NCBI GenBank assembly: GCA_002269645.1
Contig: NIVC01003258.1
Coordinates: forward strand, 1-64,000
DNA from: Macrostomum lignano
Lineage: Eukaryota
Length of the DNA stretch: 64,000 bases
Direction of reading: 5' to 3'
Every line of letters begins with the position of its first letter. The stretch's first letter is position 1. The position numbers were made by a program, and so were the translations under genes. Under the pieces are notes generated by a model. It was given only the letters and a program-made list of their open reading frames with translations. It did not search any database and had not been told where the DNA came from. Positions 61,120 to 64,000 of this stretch are shown piece by piece.

Positions 61120-63240
61120 CCAGCAACTGACACTAGGAGGCTGGCCCAGCAACTGAGGATCTGGGAGGCTGGCCCAGCAACTGAGGATCTGGGACGCTGG
61201 CCCAGCAACTGAGGATCTGGGAGGCTGGCCCAGCAACTGAGCATCTGGGAGGCTGGCCCAGCAACTGAGGATCTGGGAGGCTGGCCCAGCAACTGAGCAT
61301 CTGGGAGGCTGGCCCAGCAACTGAGGATCTGGGAGGCTGGCCCAGCAACTGAGCATCTGGGAGGCTGGCCCAGCAGCTGAGGATCTGGGAGGCTGGCCCA
61401 GCAACTGGGCATCTGGGAGGCTGGCCCAGCAACTGAGGATCTGGGAGGCTGGCCCAGAAACTGAGGGTCTGGGAGGCTGCCCCAGCAACTGAGCATCTGA
61501 GAGGCTGGCCCAGCAACTGAGCATCTGGGAGGCTGGCCCAGCAACTGAGGATCTGGGAGGCTGGCCCAGCAACTGGGCATCTGGGAGGCTGGCCCAGCAA
61601 CTGAGCATCTGGGAGGCTGGTCCAGCAACGAGCAACTGAGCATCTGGGAGGCTGGCCCAGCAACTGAGGATCTGGGAGGCTGGCCCAGCAACTGAGGATC
61701 TGGGAGGCTGGCCCAGCAACTGAGGATCTGGGAGGCTGGCCCAGCAACTGAGGATCTGGGGGGCTGGCCCAGCAACTGAGGATCTGGGAGGCTGGCCCAG
61801 CAACTGAGGATCTGGGAGGCTGGCCCAGCAACTGACACTCTGGGAGGCTGGCCCAGCAACTGACACTCTGGGAGGCTGGCCCAGCAACTGACACTCTGGG
61901 AGGCTGGCCCAGCAACTGACACTCTGGGAGGCTGGCCCAGCAACTGACACTCTGGGAGGCTGGCCCAGCAACTGACACTCTGGGAGGCTGGCCTAGCAAC
62001 TGACACTCTGGGAGGCTGGCCCAGCAACTGACACTCTGGGAGGCTGGCCTAGCAACTGACACTCTGGGAGGCTGGCCCAGCAACTGACACTCTGGGAGGC
62101 TGGCCCAGCAACTGAGGATCTGGGAGGCTGGCCCAGCAACTGACACTCTGGGAGGCTGGCCCAGCAACTGACACTCTGGGAGGCTGGCCCAGCAACTGAC
62201 ACTCTGGGAGGCTGGCCCAGCAACTGACACTCTGGGAGGCTGGCCCAGCAACTGACACTCTGGGAGGCTGGCCCAGCAACTGACACTCTGGGAGGCTGGC
62301 CCAGCAACTGACACTCTGGGAGGCTGGCCCAGCAACTGACACTCTGGGAGGCTGGCCTAGCAACTGAGGATCTGGGAGGCTGCTGACCCAGCAACTGAGG
62401 ATCTGGGAGGCTGCTGACCCAGCAACTGAGGATCTGGGAGGCTGCTGACCCAGCAACTGAGGATCTGGGAGGCTGCTGACACAGCTACTGAGGATCTGGG
62501 AGGCTGCTGACCCAGCAACTGAGGATCTGGGAGGCTGCTGACCCAGCAACTGAGGATCTGGGAGGCTGCTGACCCAGCAACTGAGGATCTGGGAGGCTGC
62601 TGACCCAGCAACTGAGGATCTGGGAGGCTGCTGACACAGCTACTGAGGATCTGGGAGGATGGCCCAGCAACTGAGCATCTGGGAGGCTGGCCCAGTAACT
62701 GAGCATCTGGGAGGCTGGCCCAGCAACTGAGGATCTGGGAGGCTGGCCCAGCAACTGAGCATCTGGGAGGCTGGCCCAGCAACTGAGGATCTGGGAGGCT
62801 GGCCCAGCAACTGAGGATCTGGGAGGCTGGCCCAGCAACTGACACTCTGGGAGGCTGGCCTAGCAACTGAGGATCTGGGAGGCTGCTGACCCAGCAACTG
62901 AGGATCTGGGAGGCTGCTGACCCAGCAACTGAGGATCTGGGAGGCTGCTGACCCAGCAACTGAGGATCTGGGAGGCTGCTGACACAGCTACTGAGGATCT
63001 GGGAGGATGGCCCAGCAACTGAGCATCTGGGAGGCTGGCCCAGTAACTGAGCATCTGGGAGGCTGGCCCAGCAACTGAGGATCTGGGAGGCTGACCCAGC
63101 AACTGAGGATCTGGGAGGCTGGCCCAGTAACTGAGCATCTGGGAGGCTGGCCCAGTAACTGAGCATCTGGGAGGCTGGCCCAGCAACTGAGCATCTGGGA
63201 GGCTGGCCCAGCAACTGAGCATCTGGGAGGCTGGCCCAGT
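61120..63240. repeat. 28-31-bp minisatellite GAGGCTGGCCCAGCAACTGAGGATCTGG directly upstream of the PRPF31 start codon
   Basis: Direct inspection; blocks of unit variants (GAGGATCT, GAGCATCT, GACACTCT, GCTGCTGAC). Confidence 0.95.
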
Positions 63241-64000
63241 AACTAATGAGTCGCACACAAAATAAGGAAAAAATCAGCACGCAAAACTACTGACCCAAAC
63301 AAAAAACACACACTGGGTATCTTTAGTTGGCGAAACATCTTAAAACACAGAAAACAGTAGAAAGAATTGTCACTATTGAGTCATTAAATATATATAGCAG
63401 AGTAAGACTAAATAATAACATTTGCTTCAGACGCTGCATAGCAGACTACTAACTAACGCAGTAGTAAAAATAGAGTATTTTTATTACAATGCACAATAAT
63501 AAAGATTTTATTCGTCGCCGTAGAAAGTTTATACTACTACTGATCAGTATCTTGAGTAGGCATTAGAAAATATGGCTGCATTTGTATCTCTTCTCATCAT
63601 TTGACATTCTGTCGTTACAGGGAGGCGCTATTCTAAACAAAAGAAAATTAAAAAAACCCAACATGTCAGCATCTTGAGGATGAGGCATTGCGTAACACCA
63701 AATTTTACAATAGTATTTTGCATCGGTCACTACTGAAGCTCTACTATAAGGCATATAAGCAGCATTTTCATTTCACAAAAAAATAAATAAAACTTTGATT
63801 AAATATAGAAAACAATTATATTGGAATAACAGATAGAAAAACGTTCGAAGTGAATTACAATTACAGTTGCCTAGTGATTCGTGCACAGCAGAGCACACTA
63901 AATATGAAATGAACAGTCCTAAAAATTCTGGAATATAATATAACAAGCCAGTCTGCAGTGTTCAAGCCAGAAAGAAAAAATACAGATTTAAAACAAATCG

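Overview
Eukaryotic (invertebrate-type) genomic DNA with spliceosomal GT-AG introns. GC-richer exons separated by introns packed with locus-specific minisatellites resemble the flatworm Macrostomum; this is an impression, not verified. The left ~25 kb holds three tandem two-exon TRPV5/6-like channel genes (the first frameshifted, the three partly homogenised by gene conversion). It also holds a foldback/Mutator-type element with a 9-bp TSD, a Ty3/Gypsy integrase relic, tRNA-derived SINE copies and nested hAT-type MITEs. The right ~39 kb holds a B3GAT-type glucuronosyltransferase, a four-finger matrin/U1-type zinc-finger gene, RCBTB1-like, an intact DD34D mariner, an ankyrin-repeat gene and PRPF31 (minus strand). 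Exon junctions were checked by hand for phase. The main unexpected feature is six copies of a box H/ACA snoRNA in the last intron of the zinc-finger gene. Its two pockets match two neighbouring conserved 28S rRNA sites. Most long ORFs in the supplied track that lie over repeats are artefacts. Repeat boundaries are approximate.
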